Shown here in pieces: positions 12,441-27,311 of a DNA stretch of 64,000 bases; position 1 is the first letter of the stretch; each line of letters opens with the position of its first letter. Below the pieces are notes generated by a model. That model ran no database searches. It was not told the DNA's origin and saw only the letters and a program-made list of their open reading frames with translations. Origin of the DNA: an uncultured Gemmatimonadales bacterium (GTDB lineage: Bacteria > Gemmatimonadota > Gemmatimonadetes > Longimicrobiales > Longimicrobiaceae); contig OY970303.1 in the NCBI GenBank assembly GCA_963716255.1, forward strand, positions 8,160,001 to 8,224,000, given 5' to 3'. The position numbers and the translations under genes are program-made.

Positions 12441-13370
12441 TCAGGACTCGTTGGGGATCTTGAAGCCGAGGCGGGCGAGGGCGGTGGGGTCCTTGCGCCA
12501 CTTGGGAAGCACCTTGACCCAGAGGTCCAGGTAGACCGGGGCGCCCACGAACTCCTCGATCTTGCCGCGGGCGACCTGGCCCAGCTGCTTGATCGCCGCG
12601 CCGCCCTTGCCGATGAGGATCGCCTTCTGGGTGGGGCGCTCCACGAAGATCGTGGCGCGGACGTAGATGGGCTGCGCCGCCTCGCGGAACTCGTCCACCT
12701 TCACCGTGGCGCTGTACGGGACTTCCTGGCCGAACTGCTCGAAGACGGTCTCGCGCACCAGCTCCGCGACGAAGAAGCGGACCGACTGCGAGGAGATCTC
12801 GTCCTCGGGGTACAGGAAGGGAGACTCCGGGAGCAGGTCCGCGATCCGGGAGCGCAGCTCGTCGACGCCCTCCCCCGTGTTCGCCGAGATGCGCAGCGTG
12901 TCGGCGCCCAGCTCCGTGCCGGCCCAGCGGCGCAGCTCCTCGATCCGCTCGCCGCCGGCGGCGTCCACCTTGTTGACGGCGACCAGGAGCCGGCCGCGCT
13001 TCTTTTTCAGGAGCGCCAGCACCTCGGGGCTGAACTCGCGGCCCGGCGTGGTGGGATCCAGCAGGAGCACCGCCACGTCCACGTCGGGGATCGTCTCGAG
13101 CACCGTGTTCAGCATGGCGCGGTGGAGGAGGTACTTGGGATCCACCAGCCCCGGCGTGTCCACGAACACGATCTGGACGCCGCCGCGGGTGTCGATCCCC
13201 AGCACCCGCTCGCGCGTCGTCTGCGCGGCCGAGGTGACGATGCTGAGCTTCTGGTCCAGCATCCGGTTCAGCAGCGACGACTTCCCCGCGTTGGGATAGC
13301 CGACGATGGCGACGGTGCCGGCGCGGGTCTGCTCCTGTGGCTCGGCCGGGAGCGCGTTGTCGGGGGTCAT
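12441..13370 (-). CDS. era: GTPase Era
   Basis: GYPNAGKSSL, QTTR, DTPG, NKVD, KH domain ILIGKGG, LDLWVKV. Confidence 0.96.
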   Translation of the reverse strand: MTPDNALPAEPQEQTRAGTVAIVGYPNAGKSSLLNRMLDQKLSIVTSAAQTTRERVLGIDTRGGVQIVFVDTPGLVDPKYLLHRAMLNTVLETIPDVDVAVLLLDPTTPGREFSPEVLALLKKKRGRLLVAVNKVDAAGGERIEELRRWAGTELGADTLRISANTGEGVDELRSRIADLLPESPFLYPEDEISSQSVRFFVAELVRETVFEQFGQEVPYSATVKVDEFREAAQPIYVRATIFVERPTQKAILIGKGGAAIKQLGQVARGKIEEFVGAPVYLDLWVKVLPKWRKDPTALARLGFKIPNES

Positions 13371-13420
13371 GGTGCAATCTTACCTGCTCCGGCGCCCCGG
13401 TGGCAAGAGACGGCGGAAAC

Positions 13421-13459
13421 GCGAACGCCCCCGGTTCCGGATGGAACCGAGGGCGTTCG
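13421..13459 (-). terminator. rRNA operon terminator hairpin
   Basis: CGAACGCCC-CCGGTTCC/GGAACCG-AGGGCGTTCG inverted repeat immediately 3' of 5S. Confidence 0.7.
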
Positions 13460-13467
13460 AAGAACAG

Positions 13468-13585
13468 GGCTGGCAGCGCCGTACTCTCCCACCGGGTGGC
13501 CCCGGCAGTACCATCCGCGCAGTGGGTCTTAACTTCCGAGTTCGAGATGGGATCGGGTGTATCCCCCACGCCATCGCCACCAGCC
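13468..13585 (-). rRNA. rrf: 5S rRNA
   Basis: GATCCCATCTCGAACTCGGAAGTTAAG, GATGGTACTG and GGGAGAGTA motifs on the minus strand. Confidence 0.95.
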
Positions 13586-13720
13586 GCACCGGCTGCGGAC
13601 CCGAAGGCCCGCGGTGCCTCGCACGGGATCGCTCCCGCGCTACAGAAATCAGGGGAAGAGAATGGGAGCAGCAAGTACTTCGAAAGAGCTTTGACGATGC
13701 GCCGGTCCTGCCTATCGACC

Positions 13721-16716
<2,996 letters not shown>

Positions 16717-16903
16717 GATAGTCTACGTATCCGAAGACACGTGCTCCCGGCCCACCGCCAAAGGTGCTCTTTCTCAGCCTTTGCTACTCCCTATTCCCTT
16801 CACCCGGATTGTCAATCAATTCAAGCTTCGGGGGAGGTGCGAATACCATGTGCGCTCAACTTGCGAGTGCCTTTCTGCCCCGAAGGACTTACTCGGCTTC
16901 TCT

Positions 16904-18455
<1,552 letters not shown>

Positions 18456-18687
18456 AGAGACTTCGATTTAGCTCGTTCGAACACGTTTCCGTGTCCGGAA
18501 CTCTTTCACGTTTTTAATCCCATTGGAGAAAAGGACGTGGTGCCTTCCCTCCGGGGCGCACACTTCTTCGCACTCCCCCAAAACCCGAATTGTCAAAACA
18601 CACGCGAGCCTCTGACTCGCTTCAGGACGACCCAGCCAGTTTCACCCGGCTCGTCGTGTCGCTCGCCCATCTTCCGGCGAGCCCTCC

Positions 18688-18716
18688 AAGCTAACCCTGC
18701 ACCGGCCCAACGTCAA
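18688..18716 (-). promoter_or_regulatory. rrn promoter (proximal)
   Basis: TTGACG-17 bp-TAGCTT. Confidence 0.65.
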
Positions 18717-18868
18717 CCCCTCGCCGAAACTTCTTTTTCCATCTTCCGTCCAACCGTGCCGTCGATCAAACCCTCAAACCTACACCACTTAGACAGAGTT
18801 ACCGAGAAGCCAACGCAACGCTTTCCCGTCCCGAGACCGCCCTGTCTCCGTCCGAAGTGGAGCCCGAA

Positions 18869-18897
18869 AGAATAAGCCCTCTCGTTTACCCCGTCAA
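18869..18897 (-). promoter_or_regulatory. rrn promoter (middle)
   Basis: TTGACG-17 bp-TATTCT. Confidence 0.7.
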
Positions 18898-18941
18898 CCC
18901 CCCGCTGGCGCCGCTACCCGCCTGTTTCGCGAAGGGCACAT

Positions 18942-18970
18942 ATGATACACGGCCCTCGACACGTCGTCAA
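18942..18970 (-). promoter_or_regulatory. rrn promoter (distal)
   Basis: TTGACG-17 bp-TATCAT. Confidence 0.7.
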
Positions 18971-19025
18971 GGGTGTCGCAACAGCCTCCCGGCCAGCGGC
19001 CGGAACCAGATCCGGCCCAGAATGT

Positions 19026-19060
19026 TCAAGCCCCCGCGGCACGGAGCCGCGGGGGCTTGA
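19026..19060 (-). terminator. Hairpin after the tRNA cluster
   Basis: Perfect inverted repeat TCAAGCCCCCGCGGC/GCCGCGGGGGCTTGA. Confidence 0.7.
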
Positions 19061-19063
19061 GAA

Positions 19064-19140
19064 GGGGTGAGCGACCGGGTTCGAACCGGCGACCTCCAGG
19101 GCCACAACCTGGCGCTCTAACCGACTGAGCTACGCCCACC
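19064..19140 (-). tRNA. tRNA-His(GTG)
   Basis: Cloverleaf, anticodon arm CCAGG-TTGTGGC-CCTGG, G-1 present, CCA not encoded. Confidence 0.95.
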
Positions 19141-19152
19141 ACATGGCGGAGA

Positions 19153-19181
19153 ATTCTCCGCAATCACCGTCGTTTTGTCAA
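19153..19181 (-). promoter_or_regulatory. Putative promoter for tRNA-His
   Basis: TTGACA-17 bp-GAGAAT. Confidence 0.5.
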
Positions 19182-19220
19182 GCACCGGGGACCTGCGGTC
19201 CGCCGACGTGGAGCCCGGAG

Positions 19221-19294
19221 CGCGCCAGATAGGACTCGAACCTATGACCTACGGCTTAGAAGGCCGTTGCTCTATCCAGCTGAGCTACTGGCGC
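19221..19294 (-). tRNA. tRNA-Arg(TCT)
   Basis: Anticodon arm ACGGC-CTTCTAA-GCCGT; GGTTCGAGTCC T-loop. Confidence 0.95.
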
Positions 19295-19308
19295 CCACTA
19301 CCGGCAGG

Positions 19309-19383
19309 TCGGGGCGCCCGGATTCGAACCGGGGACCTCCTGCTCCCAAAGCAGGCGCGCTAACCGGACTGCGCCACGCCCCG
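19309..19383 (-). tRNA. tRNA-Pro(TGG)
   Basis: Anticodon arm CCTGC-TTTGGGA-GCAGG; GGTTCGAATCC T-loop. Confidence 0.95.
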
Positions 19384-19395
19384 ATCAAGACCCGG

Positions 19396-19424
19396 AAACT
19401 ACCTGTTTCCCGCGGAATCGTCAA
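19396..19424 (-). promoter_or_regulatory. Putative promoter for tRNA-Pro/Arg
   Basis: TTGACG-17 bp-TAGTTT overlapping the rdgB 3' end. Confidence 0.6.
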
Positions 19425-20043
19425 GTCCGCGGGCCAGCCATTGCCCCGCGGCGCGCACCGCGCCGCCCCGGTGGCTGAGCCGGTCCTTGTCTCCCGGAGA
19501 CAGCTCGCCGAAGGTGGAGCCGGCTTCCGGAAGGAAGAAGAGCGGATCGTAGCCGAAGCCGCCGGAGCCCCTCGGCTCCGTGAGGATCACACCCTCGCAG
19601 GTGCCGATGGTGACGCGCTCGGCGCCGCCGGGGAGGACCAGGGCCGCGGCGCAGACGTAGCGCCCGGTCCGGTCGTCGTCCGGGACTCCGCGGAGGCGGT
19701 CGAGGAGCAGCGAGTTGTTGGCGCGGTCCAGCTCGGCCCCGCGCAGGTCGGTGCGGCCGGAGAAGCGCTTGGAGCGCACGCCGGGCGCGCCGCCGAGCGC
19801 GTCCACGCAGAGCCCGGAGTCGTCGGCGAGGACCGGGAGGGGGGTCCGCGCCGCGAAGTAGCGCGCCTTGGCGAGGGCGTTCTCCTCGAAGGAGTCGAAG
19901 GCCTCCACGTCGTCCTCGTCCGGGCTCTCCGGGATCCCGGCGGCATGGAGGTCGACCACCTGGAGGGCGGCGTACGGGGCGAGGATCTGCCGGATCTCGC
20001 GCAGCTTGTCGGCGCTGCGGGTGGCGGCGAGAAGGCGAGTCAC
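19399..20043 (-). CDS. rdgB: Non-canonical purine NTP pyrophosphatase (RdgB/HAM1)
   Basis: LAAT..DKLRE, FEENALAKA, ADDSGL, GFGYDPLF, SHRG; GTG start overlaps the rph stop (GTGA). Confidence 0.93.
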   Translation of the reverse strand: MTRLLAATRSADKLREIRQILAPYAALQVVDLHAAGIPESPDEDDVEAFDSFEENALAKARYFAARTPLPVLADDSGLCVDALGGAPGVRSKRFSGRTDLRGAELDRANNSLLLDRLRGVPDDDRTGRYVCAAALVLPGGAERVTIGTCEGVILTEPRGSGGFGYDPLFFLPEAGSTFGELSPGDKDRLSHRGGAVRAAGQWLARGLDDSAGNR

Positions 20044-20762
20044 CGGGACACGGCCTCGCGCTGCATGCGGCACAGATCGCGGATCCCGCCCGTGGTGAGC
20101 TCCACCAGCGAGGCGAGCTGCGCGGAGGTGAAGGGAGATCGCTCGCCCGTGCCCTGCATCTCGATGAGCCCGCCGGACTCCAGCGCGACGACGTTGAAGT
20201 CGACGTCGGCCCGGGAGTCCTCGGAGTAGTCCAGGTCCAGGACGACGTGCCCGTCCACGATCCCGGCGCTCAGGGCGGCCACGAACTCGCGGAACGGGGT
20301 CCCGGCGCCGGTGCGGCCCGCGATCCAGCTGCATGCGTCGTACAGGGCGACGGCGCCTCCGGTGACGGAGGCGGTGCGGGTGCCGCCGTCCGCCTGGAGG
20401 ACGTCGCAGTCCACGGTGACGGTCCACTCGCCCATGGCGGCCATGTCGACGCAGGCGCGCAGGCTGCGGCCGATCAGCCGCTGGATCTCCTGGGTGCGTC
20501 CGCCCACCTGGCCGCGCTCGCGCCGGCCGCGGGTGTGGGTCGCGCGGGGGAGCATGGAGTACTCGCCGGTGACCCAGCCCTCGCCCCTGCCCTTTCGCCA
20601 GGGGGGCACGCCGGCCTCCACGGAGGCGGTGCAGAGGACGCGGGTCTCGCCGAAGGAGACCAGGCACGACCCCTCGGCGTAGCGGGCGGCGCCCCGCTCG
20701 AGGGTGACGGGCCGCATGCGGCCGGCGTCGCGTCCGTGCTCGCGGGTGGGTGCTTCAGCCAT
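20040..20762 (-). CDS. rph: Ribonuclease PH
   Basis: [38 protein letters not shown]. Confidence 0.96.
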   Translation of the reverse strand: MAEAPTREHGRDAGRMRPVTLERGAARYAEGSCLVSFGETRVLCTASVEAGVPPWRKGRGEGWVTGEYSMLPRATHTRGRRERGQVGGRTQEIQRLIGRSLRACVDMAAMGEWTVTVDCDVLQADGGTRTASVTGGAVALYDACSWIAGRTGAGTPFREFVAALSAGIVDGHVVLDLDYSEDSRADVDFNVVALESGGLIEMQGTGERSPFTSAQLASLVELTTGGIRDLCRMQREAVSR

Positions 20763-21261
20763 GGGACGGTTCTCTTCCGCGCTGGAGGATGGAGGTGGTG
20801 GAGCGGCCGGGGACGAGCGGGGCGATCACCACCTCCCCGCCGGCGGCGGTGACTTCCCGGCCGCCGACGATCTCCTCCAGGCGGTAGTCGCCGCCCTTGA
20901 CCAGCACGTCGGGGAGGAGGGCGGCGATCAGCTCGCGCGGGGTGTCCTCCTCGAAGACGGTGACCACGTCCACCGCCTCCAGGGAGGCGAGGACGTAGGC
21001 GCGGTCTTCCTGGAGGTTGACGGGGCGCGAGGGGCCCTTGAGCCGCCGCACGGAGTCGTCCGAGTTGAGGCCGACGACCAGCAGGTCGCCGAGGCTGCGG
21101 GCGGCGCGGAGGTACTCGGCGTGCCCGCGGTGCAGGATGTCGAAGCACCCGTTGGTGAAGACCACCCGCTCCTCCCGCGGCCGCCCCAGGCGGGCGACCA
21201 GCTCGGCGCGCGTCAACAGCTTGGAGGCGGGGTCGGGGATCTCGCGCTCGCGGCCGCTCAT
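20755..21261 (-). CDS. rfaE2: D-glycero-beta-D-manno-heptose 1-phosphate adenylyltransferase
   Basis: [37 protein letters not shown]; start ATG 21261. Confidence 0.92.
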   Translation of the reverse strand: MSGREREIPDPASKLLTRAELVARLGRPREERVVFTNGCFDILHRGHAEYLRAARSLGDLLVVGLNSDDSVRRLKGPSRPVNLQEDRAYVLASLEAVDVVTVFEEDTPRELIAALLPDVLVKGGDYRLEEIVGGREVTAAGGEVVIAPLVPGRSTTSILQRGREPSHG

Positions 21262-22232
21262 GGCGCGGCGGGCTCCGCGACCTCGCCGTGGGTGGCGCCG
21301 CGCAGGCGGCCCAGGATTTCCCCGGCGCCGCGCTCCAGCAGCTCGGCTGCGAGGCGGCGTCCGACCGCGGCGGCATCGGCGGCGGGGCCGGCGGCTTCGC
21401 CGCGCAGCACGGTCTCGCCCTCCAGGTCGGAGACCAGGCCGCGGAGGACCAGGGCGCCGCCGTCCAGCGTGGCCAGGGCGCCGATGGGGATCTGGCAGCC
21501 GCCCTCCAGCGCGTGCAAAAAGGTTCGCTCGGCGAGCGTGGCCGCGGCGGAGCCGGGGTCGTGCAGCGGGCGGACGCGCTCGTGGGCGTCGGCGTCGTGG
21601 GTGCGGGCGACGATGGCGAGGGCTCCCTGCCCCACCGCCGGGAGCCAGGCGCCGGCGTCCAGGTACGCGGAGATGCGCGCCTCCCACCCCAGGCGCAGCA
21701 CGCCCGCTGCGGCGAGGAGGATGGCGTCGTAGTCGCCGCCGTCCAGCTTGGCGAGGCGGGTGTTGAGGTTGCCGCGCAGGTCCAGCACCTCCACGTCGGG
21801 GCGCGCGGCGCGGAGCTGCGCGCGGCGGCGGAGCGAGCTGGTTCCCACGCGCGCGCCGGCCGGGAGCGCGTCGAGCCCGCCGCCCTCCCCCTCGCGCCGG
21901 ATCAGCACGTCGCGCGGGTCTTCGCGCGCGGTGACGGCCACGATGTCCAGACCCTCGGGGAGGCGGGTGGGGACGTCCTTGAGGGAGTGGACCGCCAGGT
22001 CGGCGAGGCCGTGCAGCAGCGCCTCGTCGATCTCCTTGGTGAACAGCCCCTTGTCGCCGATCCTGGCGAGCGGGACGTCGAGGATCCGGTCGCCGGTGGT
22101 GCGGACCACCTGGATCTCCACCGCGGCGCCGGGGCTGGCCTGGAGCAGCGCCCGCTTCACGGCGCGCGCCTGCCAGAGTGCCAGCTCGCTGCCGCGGGAG
22201 GCGATCCGGATGGGAACGTCGATCGCGTTCAC
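21258..22232 (-). CDS. hemC: Hydroxymethylbilane synthase
   Basis: [44 protein letters not shown] start overlapping the lptE stop. Confidence 0.95.
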   Translation of the reverse strand: MNAIDVPIRIASRGSELALWQARAVKRALLQASPGAAVEIQVVRTTGDRILDVPLARIGDKGLFTKEIDEALLHGLADLAVHSLKDVPTRLPEGLDIVAVTAREDPRDVLIRREGEGGGLDALPAGARVGTSSLRRRAQLRAARPDVEVLDLRGNLNTRLAKLDGGDYDAILLAAAGVLRLGWEARISAYLDAGAWLPAVGQGALAIVARTHDADAHERVRPLHDPGSAAATLAERTFLHALEGGCQIPIGALATLDGGALVLRGLVSDLEGETVLRGEAAGPAADAAAVGRRLAAELLERGAGEILGRLRGATHGEVAEPAAP

Positions 22233-22732
22233 CACTGCGACTGCGCGCCTTCGAGGATCTTCTGCACCATCTCGTCGATGGCGCGCTGCCGTCCGGCCTG
22301 GGCCTGCTCGGAGTTGGGCTGGTAGGTGCCCAGCGCGGAGATCCCGCTCCCCTTCCACAGCGAGCGGTCCTGCTTGACGTCGAAGATCTCGGCCTCGAAG
22401 GTGATGCGCACCTGCTTGCCGGTGACGTCCACCCGCTCGCCGGGCCCGGGGTTGGGACGGAAGCTGGGCGTGGTCTCGTCGAAGCCGGTGATGCGGCCGC
22501 GGAGCACGGCGTCGGCGCTCCGCTGGTCCGCCAGGCGCACCCCCAGCTTGCGGGGGATCTGGTCCTGGAGGCGGAGCTGCACGTCGGTGCTCAGCACGGG
22601 CTCGGTGGTGCCGTTCTCGAACGGGATCACCGCCATGGTGCGGATGTTGGGCGGGAGCCCGCCCCCGGTGAAGGAGTACAGGCACCCGGAAAGGAGCAGC
22701 GCGGCCGCCGCGAGCAGGCTAGCGAGCCGCAC
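22229..22732 (-). CDS. lptE: LPS assembly lipoprotein LptE family
   Basis: Lipobox LSGC, YSFTGG, C-terminal W. Start probably GTG 22732 (ORF extends to 22771). Confidence 0.8.
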   Translation of the reverse strand: MRLASLLAAAALLLSGCLYSFTGGGLPPNIRTMAVIPFENGTTEPVLSTDVQLRLQDQIPRKLGVRLADQRSADAVLRGRITGFDETTPSFRPNPGPGERVDVTGKQVRITFEAEIFDVKQDRSLWKGSGISALGTYQPNSEQAQAGRQRAIDEMVQKILEGAQSQW

Positions 22733-23426
22733 CGGCGAGCCAGGTGTCTTGGGGGAATCGTGCTGCGTCATCGTTGGACTCGATGTTGAGGACCAGGGTG
22801 CGATAGGCGCCCCAGTCGCGGTACTCGGCCTTCTGGAGCACGCCGGCCGCGGTGTAGGTGAGGGCGAGCGACTCCAGCGCGCCGGAGCCGCCCACGCGCC
22901 GCACGGTGCGCAGGAGGGCGCCCTCCACTCCGTACTCGGTCGTTTCCCCGGCGGCGCTGCGGTAGCGGAGCGAGGACGCCGTCCCCGAGGCGGTGGCGCC
23001 GGCGAGGACCGCGCCCGCGGGGGGATGGACGACGCCCATTGCGCCCCAGAGGAGCGCGGGCGAGGGGAGCGAGATGCGCGACGCGACGTTGGGCGGTACG
23101 CGGAACTCCTCGCCCACCAGCGCGGCGGCCAGGTACGTTTCCCCGCGCGGCCCGAACAGGTCCAGCCGCAGCCGCTCCGGCGGCTCGGCGCGGACGACGC
23201 CGCGCCCGCGCACCTTCGATCCCGCTTCGTCCAGCTCCCAGTTGAAGCCGATGCGCCGGGGCGACGCGGGCGTGGTGGTGCGGACGAGCTCCGCCTCCAC
23301 GGCCCGCGGGTCCGCGGCGGGTGGACCCGTGGGCACGGCCGGCGGCGCGGCGGTGGCGCAGCCGGCGAGCGCGACGATCAGCAGGGCGCGTCGTGCGGCG
23401 CCGAGGGTTCGGAGAGCGTGGGTCAT
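22719..23426 (-). CDS. Lipoprotein, possibly LolA/LolB-fold
   Basis: MTHALRT..LAGC lipobox; PERLRLDLFGPRG beta-rich segment. Confidence 0.7.
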   Translation of the reverse strand: MTHALRTLGAARRALLIVALAGCATAAPPAVPTGPPAADPRAVEAELVRTTTPASPRRIGFNWELDEAGSKVRGRGVVRAEPPERLRLDLFGPRGETYLAAALVGEEFRVPPNVASRISLPSPALLWGAMGVVHPPAGAVLAGATASGTASSLRYRSAAGETTEYGVEGALLRTVRRVGGSGALESLALTYTAAGVLQKAEYRDWGAYRTLVLNIESNDDAARFPQDTWLAGAAR

Positions 23427-23452
23427 GCGTTCGTCTCGGGTCTGCGGCCGGC

Positions 23453-25537
23453 TCAGCGCAGGCGCGTGATGCGTGAGATGGTCTCGCCCACCTGCACCAG
23501 CCCCACCACGTCCATCCCGTCCACCACCTCGCCGAAGACGGTGTAGGTGCCGTCCAGGTGCGGGTGGGGCGAGTGGGTGATGAACCACTGGCTCCCGCCG
23601 GTGTCCGGCCCGGAAAGGGCCATCCCCAGCGATCCGGTGTCGTACAGGCGTCGGTTGATCTCGTCGCGGATCGCATACCCCGGACCGCCGGAAGTGTCCC
23701 CGCGCGGGTCGCCGCCCTGGATGACGAAGTTGGGGACGACGCGCGGCCACTCCTGTCCGTCGAAGTATCCCTGCTGCACCAGGGCGGCGAAGCTCATGGT
23801 GGTCAGCGGCGCGTCGGCGGCGAAGAGGCGCAGGTCGATGGCCCCGGACCCGGTGACGATGCGCACGCGCGGCGACCGCCCGTCGAGCGCGGGGACGATC
23901 CACTCGCGCACGACGGTGACGTACACGGCGCTGTCGATCCCGGTCTCCACCGGGACGGCCGGACCCCACGCCTGCCGGACGGTGTCGCCGAACACGGCCT
24001 CGGCGCGCTGGCGGACGTTGTAGTCGGGCGAGCGCCGGTAGCGCGCCAGGAACGGGCGGACGACGGGGACGCCCTTCGCCCGGAGGGCGGCGAGTGCGTC
24101 CAGCGCGGCGAGCGCGGCGTCGTTCAGCGAGTCGCGGCGGGCCAGCCCGTACGCGTTGAGGACGGCCGGGAGGGTGGAGGGATCCGCGAGCCGGGCGAGC
24201 CCACCGAGGGCGTTGGTGCGGACGATGGGGTCGTCGGCGGCGAGCGATTCCAGCAGGAGCGTGCGCAGCGAGTCGAGCGGCGCCCCCTGCGCGCCCGTGG
24301 CCGCGTCCAGCGCGGCGGCGGCCACGCGGGCGTCGGGATCGCGGGCGAGCGCCTGCAGCTCGGGGCGGGTGACGGGGCCGACGCGGGCGTAGGCGCGGGC
24401 GGCGGCGGCGCGGGCGCGCCAGTCGCGCTCCACGCCCAGCTGCGCGGCGGCGCCGGTGGCGCCGGTGCCCTGGACTTCGGCGAGCGCGGCCAGGGCGGCG
24501 CCGCGGACGCCGATGACGCGGGCGGTGTCCAGCGCGGCGGCGCGCAGCACGGACACCGCGGAGGCCGCGGCAGCGCCCAGCCGGCCGAGCGATTCGGCGC
24601 CGACGACCGCCAGGTGCGCGTCGTCGCCGCCGGCGAGCGCCGCCAGCGCGGACACGGCGGCCGGGTGCGGGTGCGTCCCCAGGGCGCGAGCGGCGTTGAC
24701 GCGCACGGCGCTGCTGGTGTCGGCGAGGGCGGCGAGGAGCAGCCCCCGCGCGGCCTCGGCGCCCACGGCGGAGGAGTCGGCGAGCGGCGCGGACAGGCCC
24801 CGCATGGCGAAGGAGCGCACGCGCCAGTCGGGGTCGGCGGCGAGGCGCGCCAGCGCCGGGGTGGCGGCGGGGTCGACGCGGCGGGTGAGCGCGAACACGG
24901 CGCGCCAGCGCACCTCCGGGTCCTCGGACGCGGTCCAGCGCAGGATGGCTTCGCTGTCGCCGCGGCGCGGCCACTTCCACGCGGCGAGGAGCGCGTGCCG
25001 CACGGCCAGGCGCGAGGCCGGGTCGTCGGCGGCGCTGCGGAGCAGCCCGGCCACCGCGGCGCGCCCGCGCTCCGTGTGCAGCTTGCCGAGGGCGGTCGCC
25101 GCTTCGCCGGCGACGGTGGGGAGCGCCGCCGCCCGCTCGGCGGTGGTGAGCGGGACGAGCGCCCCCACGGCCGCCGTATCGCCCAGGACGCCCATCGCGA
25201 ACGCCCCGGTGGCAGCGACGGACGTGTCGGGATCGGCGAGGAGCCGCTCCAGGACCTCGAGCGCGCGGGAATCGCGGATGCGTCCCCCGGCGAGCGCGGC
25301 CCGGCGGCGCAGCTCGGGGTTGGGCGACGCGGCGGCGGACTGCAGCGCGGCCAGGTCCAGGACGCGCCGGTCCTCCATGCGGAGGAGCCCGGCGACGGCC
25401 TCGATCTCGGCCCCGGTGCGGAGCTGCGGAGGTCCGACGGCCATGCGGGCCGCCGGCGTGCCGGGAGCCGCGCCGGCCGCGGCGCAGCCGGTGAGCGCCG
25501 CCAGGAGGAAGGCGGAAACCGCCGATCTGCGTCTCAC
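23453..25537 (-). CDS. Lipoprotein with HEAT repeats and C-terminal cyclophilin PPIase domain
   Basis: LTGC lipobox, repeated DP..EVR..A units, RVVPNFVIQGGDP, SQWFITH, LDGTYTVFG; GTG start overlapping the thioesterase stop. Confidence 0.88.
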   Translation of the reverse strand: MRRRSAVSAFLLAALTGCAAAGAAPGTPAARMAVGPPQLRTGAEIEAVAGLLRMEDRRVLDLAALQSAAASPNPELRRRAALAGGRIRDSRALEVLERLLADPDTSVAATGAFAMGVLGDTAAVGALVPLTTAERAAALPTVAGEAATALGKLHTERGRAAVAGLLRSAADDPASRLAVRHALLAAWKWPRRGDSEAILRWTASEDPEVRWRAVFALTRRVDPAATPALARLAADPDWRVRSFAMRGLSAPLADSSAVGAEAARGLLLAALADTSSAVRVNAARALGTHPHPAAVSALAALAGGDDAHLAVVGAESLGRLGAAAASAVSVLRAAALDTARVIGVRGAALAALAEVQGTGATGAAAQLGVERDWRARAAAARAYARVGPVTRPELQALARDPDARVAAAALDAATGAQGAPLDSLRTLLLESLAADDPIVRTNALGGLARLADPSTLPAVLNAYGLARRDSLNDAALAALDALAALRAKGVPVVRPFLARYRRSPDYNVRQRAEAVFGDTVRQAWGPAVPVETGIDSAVYVTVVREWIVPALDGRSPRVRIVTGSGAIDLRLFAADAPLTTMSFAALVQQGYFDGQEWPRVVPNFVIQGGDPRGDTSGGPGYAIRDEINRRLYDTGSLGMALSGPDTGGSQWFITHSPHPHLDGTYTVFGEVVDGMDVVGLVQVGETISRITRLR

Positions 25538-25983
25538 GTGGCCGCTCCTTGGGAGTCGAGTGCGCCGCGGAAGGCGGCAACGAGACCGGCGGGGAGCTTC
25601 CGGGTGCTCCCGTCGCGGGTCAGCGCGATCAGGGTGGTGCGCGCGCTCACCAGCCGCTCCGCCCCGTTGCCCTCCGCGCGGGTGATGATGTATCCAAACG
25701 TGACGGTGCGCGAGCGCACTTCCTCCACCCAGGTTTCCACGCGCACCAGGTCGTTGTAGCGGGCGGGGGCGTGGTAGCGCAGCGACGCGTCGGCGACGGC
25801 CAGGAACAGGCCATCGTCGCGCTCCAGCTCGGAATACGGCTTGCCTCCCAGCCGGCGGATCAGCTCGGTGCGGCCCACGTCGCACCACACCAGGTAGTGG
25901 GCGTGGTAGACGACGCCCATCTGGTCGGTCTCGGGGTAGCGGACGCGCAGCTCGACGGTGGCGTGGAGCGGGGTGTCGGTCAC
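25534..25983 (-). CDS. Acyl-CoA thioesterase (YbgC/4HBT family)
   Basis: RVRYPETDQMGVVYHAHYLVW, GRTE; GTG start at 25983. Confidence 0.9.
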   Translation of the reverse strand: MTDTPLHATVELRVRYPETDQMGVVYHAHYLVWCDVGRTELIRRLGGKPYSELERDDGLFLAVADASLRYHAPARYNDLVRVETWVEEVRSRTVTFGYIITRAEGNGAERLVSARTTLIALTRDGSTRKLPAGLVAAFRGALDSQGAAT

Positions 25984-26128
25984 CGGGAGGGTGTCTCGGG
26001 AGCGGGGTCGCTGCGGGACGCGGGGTCCACGGGTGCGTCGGAGCCCGGATTGTACCGGCGGGGGCCGGGAACGGCAAGTGAAGGGAGGGGACAGGCGACA
26101 GGGGACGGCCTGCGGCGGCGACGGCTCG

Positions 26129-26183
26129 CCCTCACCCGGCTCGCTTGAGGCTCGCCACCCTCTCCCAAGTCTGGGAGAGGGGG
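26129..26183 (+). repeat. Repeat family C (CCCTCACCC..CCCTCTCCC..GGGAGAGGG)
   Basis: Related copies at 27312, 30504, 32471 and 47969. Confidence 0.8.
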
Positions 26184-26215
26184 CAACTGCTGGATATTGC
26201 AGTCGGCGGGCAGTT

Positions 26216-26344
26216 GCGTGAGGGATTTCGGCCCGGAGGGGCGAGACCCCGCGGCCGTTTGCGGGGTCTCGACTCCGTTGCAAACGGTCGTATCGTTTGC
26301 TACGGAGCCGAAGCCCGACCCCGGCGCCAGCCGGGGGCACGCCC
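26216..26344 (-). repeat. Repeat family A copy 3
   Basis: Reverse-complement copy of family A. Confidence 0.9.
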
Positions 26345-26414
26345 GGACCCGGCCGTCAAGAAAGCAGTTCCACGTATTGTCGCCCGCCGAGCAGGCTGGT
26401 AGCTTGCCGACCCT

Positions 26415-27164
26415 ATGAGCGACCTCCCCTACCTGATCGTCTCCGACCAGCACCTGGGCGCCGTGCCGCGCGCCACCGAGGCGGCGTTCCGCGACTTCCT
26501 GGCGCACGTGCCCGGTTCCGCGTCCGGGCTGCTGATCAACGGCGACCTGTTCGACTTCTGGTTCGAATACGGGACGGTGATCCTGCGCGAGCACTACCGC
26601 ACGCTGGCGGCGCTGGCCACGGTGGTGGAGGCGGGGGTGCCGGTGACGTTCATGGGCGGGAACCACGACGCCTGGGCGGGCAGCTTCCTGCGCGACGAGG
26701 TGGGGATCGCGCTGCTGGACGGGCCCACGGAGCTGGAGCTGGCGGGGCGGCGGACGCTGGTGGCCCACGGCGACGGCGTGGGCCGCGGCGACTACAAGTA
26801 CCGCGCGCTGAAGCGGTTCATCCGCAGCCCGGTGGTGGTGGGCGCGTTCCGGACCCTGCACCCGGACCTGGGGACGCGGATCGCGCGGATCGCCTCCACC
26901 ACGGAGCACAAGGCGGATACCGGCGACGCGCACAGCAAGGGGCGGGCGGGGTTCATCCAGGCGTGGGCTGAGGAGCGGCTGCGCGCGGACTCGCGGCTGG
27001 AGCTGGTGGTGGCCGGGCACGCGCACGTGCCGGCGGTGGTGGAGGTGGAGCCGGGGCGCTTCTACGCCAACGCGGGGGACTGGATCCGGCACTTCACCTA
27101 CCTGGCCCTTCCCGCGGGCGGGGGTCCGCCGGAGCTGCGGTACTGGCCGCGACCCGTGGCCTGA
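26415..27164 (+). CDS. lpxH: UDP-2,3-diacylglucosamine diphosphatase
   Basis: SDQHLG, GDLFDFWFEY, GNHD, AHGD and GHAH metallophosphoesterase motifs. Confidence 0.9.
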   Translation: MSDLPYLIVSDQHLGAVPRATEAAFRDFLAHVPGSASGLLINGDLFDFWFEYGTVILREHYRTLAALATVVEAGVPVTFMGGNHDAWAGSFLRDEVGIALLDGPTELELAGRRTLVAHGDGVGRGDYKYRALKRFIRSPVVVGAFRTLHPDLGTRIARIASTTEHKADTGDAHSKGRAGFIQAWAEERLRADSRLELVVAGHAHVPAVVEVEPGRFYANAGDWIRHFTYLALPAGGGPPELRYWPRPVA

Positions 27165-27175
27165 ACAGCTGGTTC

Positions 27176-27305
27176 GGGCGTGCCCCCGGCTGGCGCCGGG
27201 GTCGGGCTTCGGCTCCGTAGGGCTGCAAACAACGCAGCCCAACGGAGTCGAGCCCCCGCATACTGCCGCGGGGTCTCGCCCCTTCGGGCCGAAATCCCTC
27301 ACGCG
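27176..27305 (+). repeat. Repeat family A copy 4
   Basis: Central stem variant GGGCTGC/GCAGCCC. Confidence 0.9.
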
Positions 27306-27311
27306 ACGGCG

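Noticed and set aside
19064..19383. tRNA genes as integration sites
   Set aside because: No duplicated tRNA 3' end or integrase was seen in the window.
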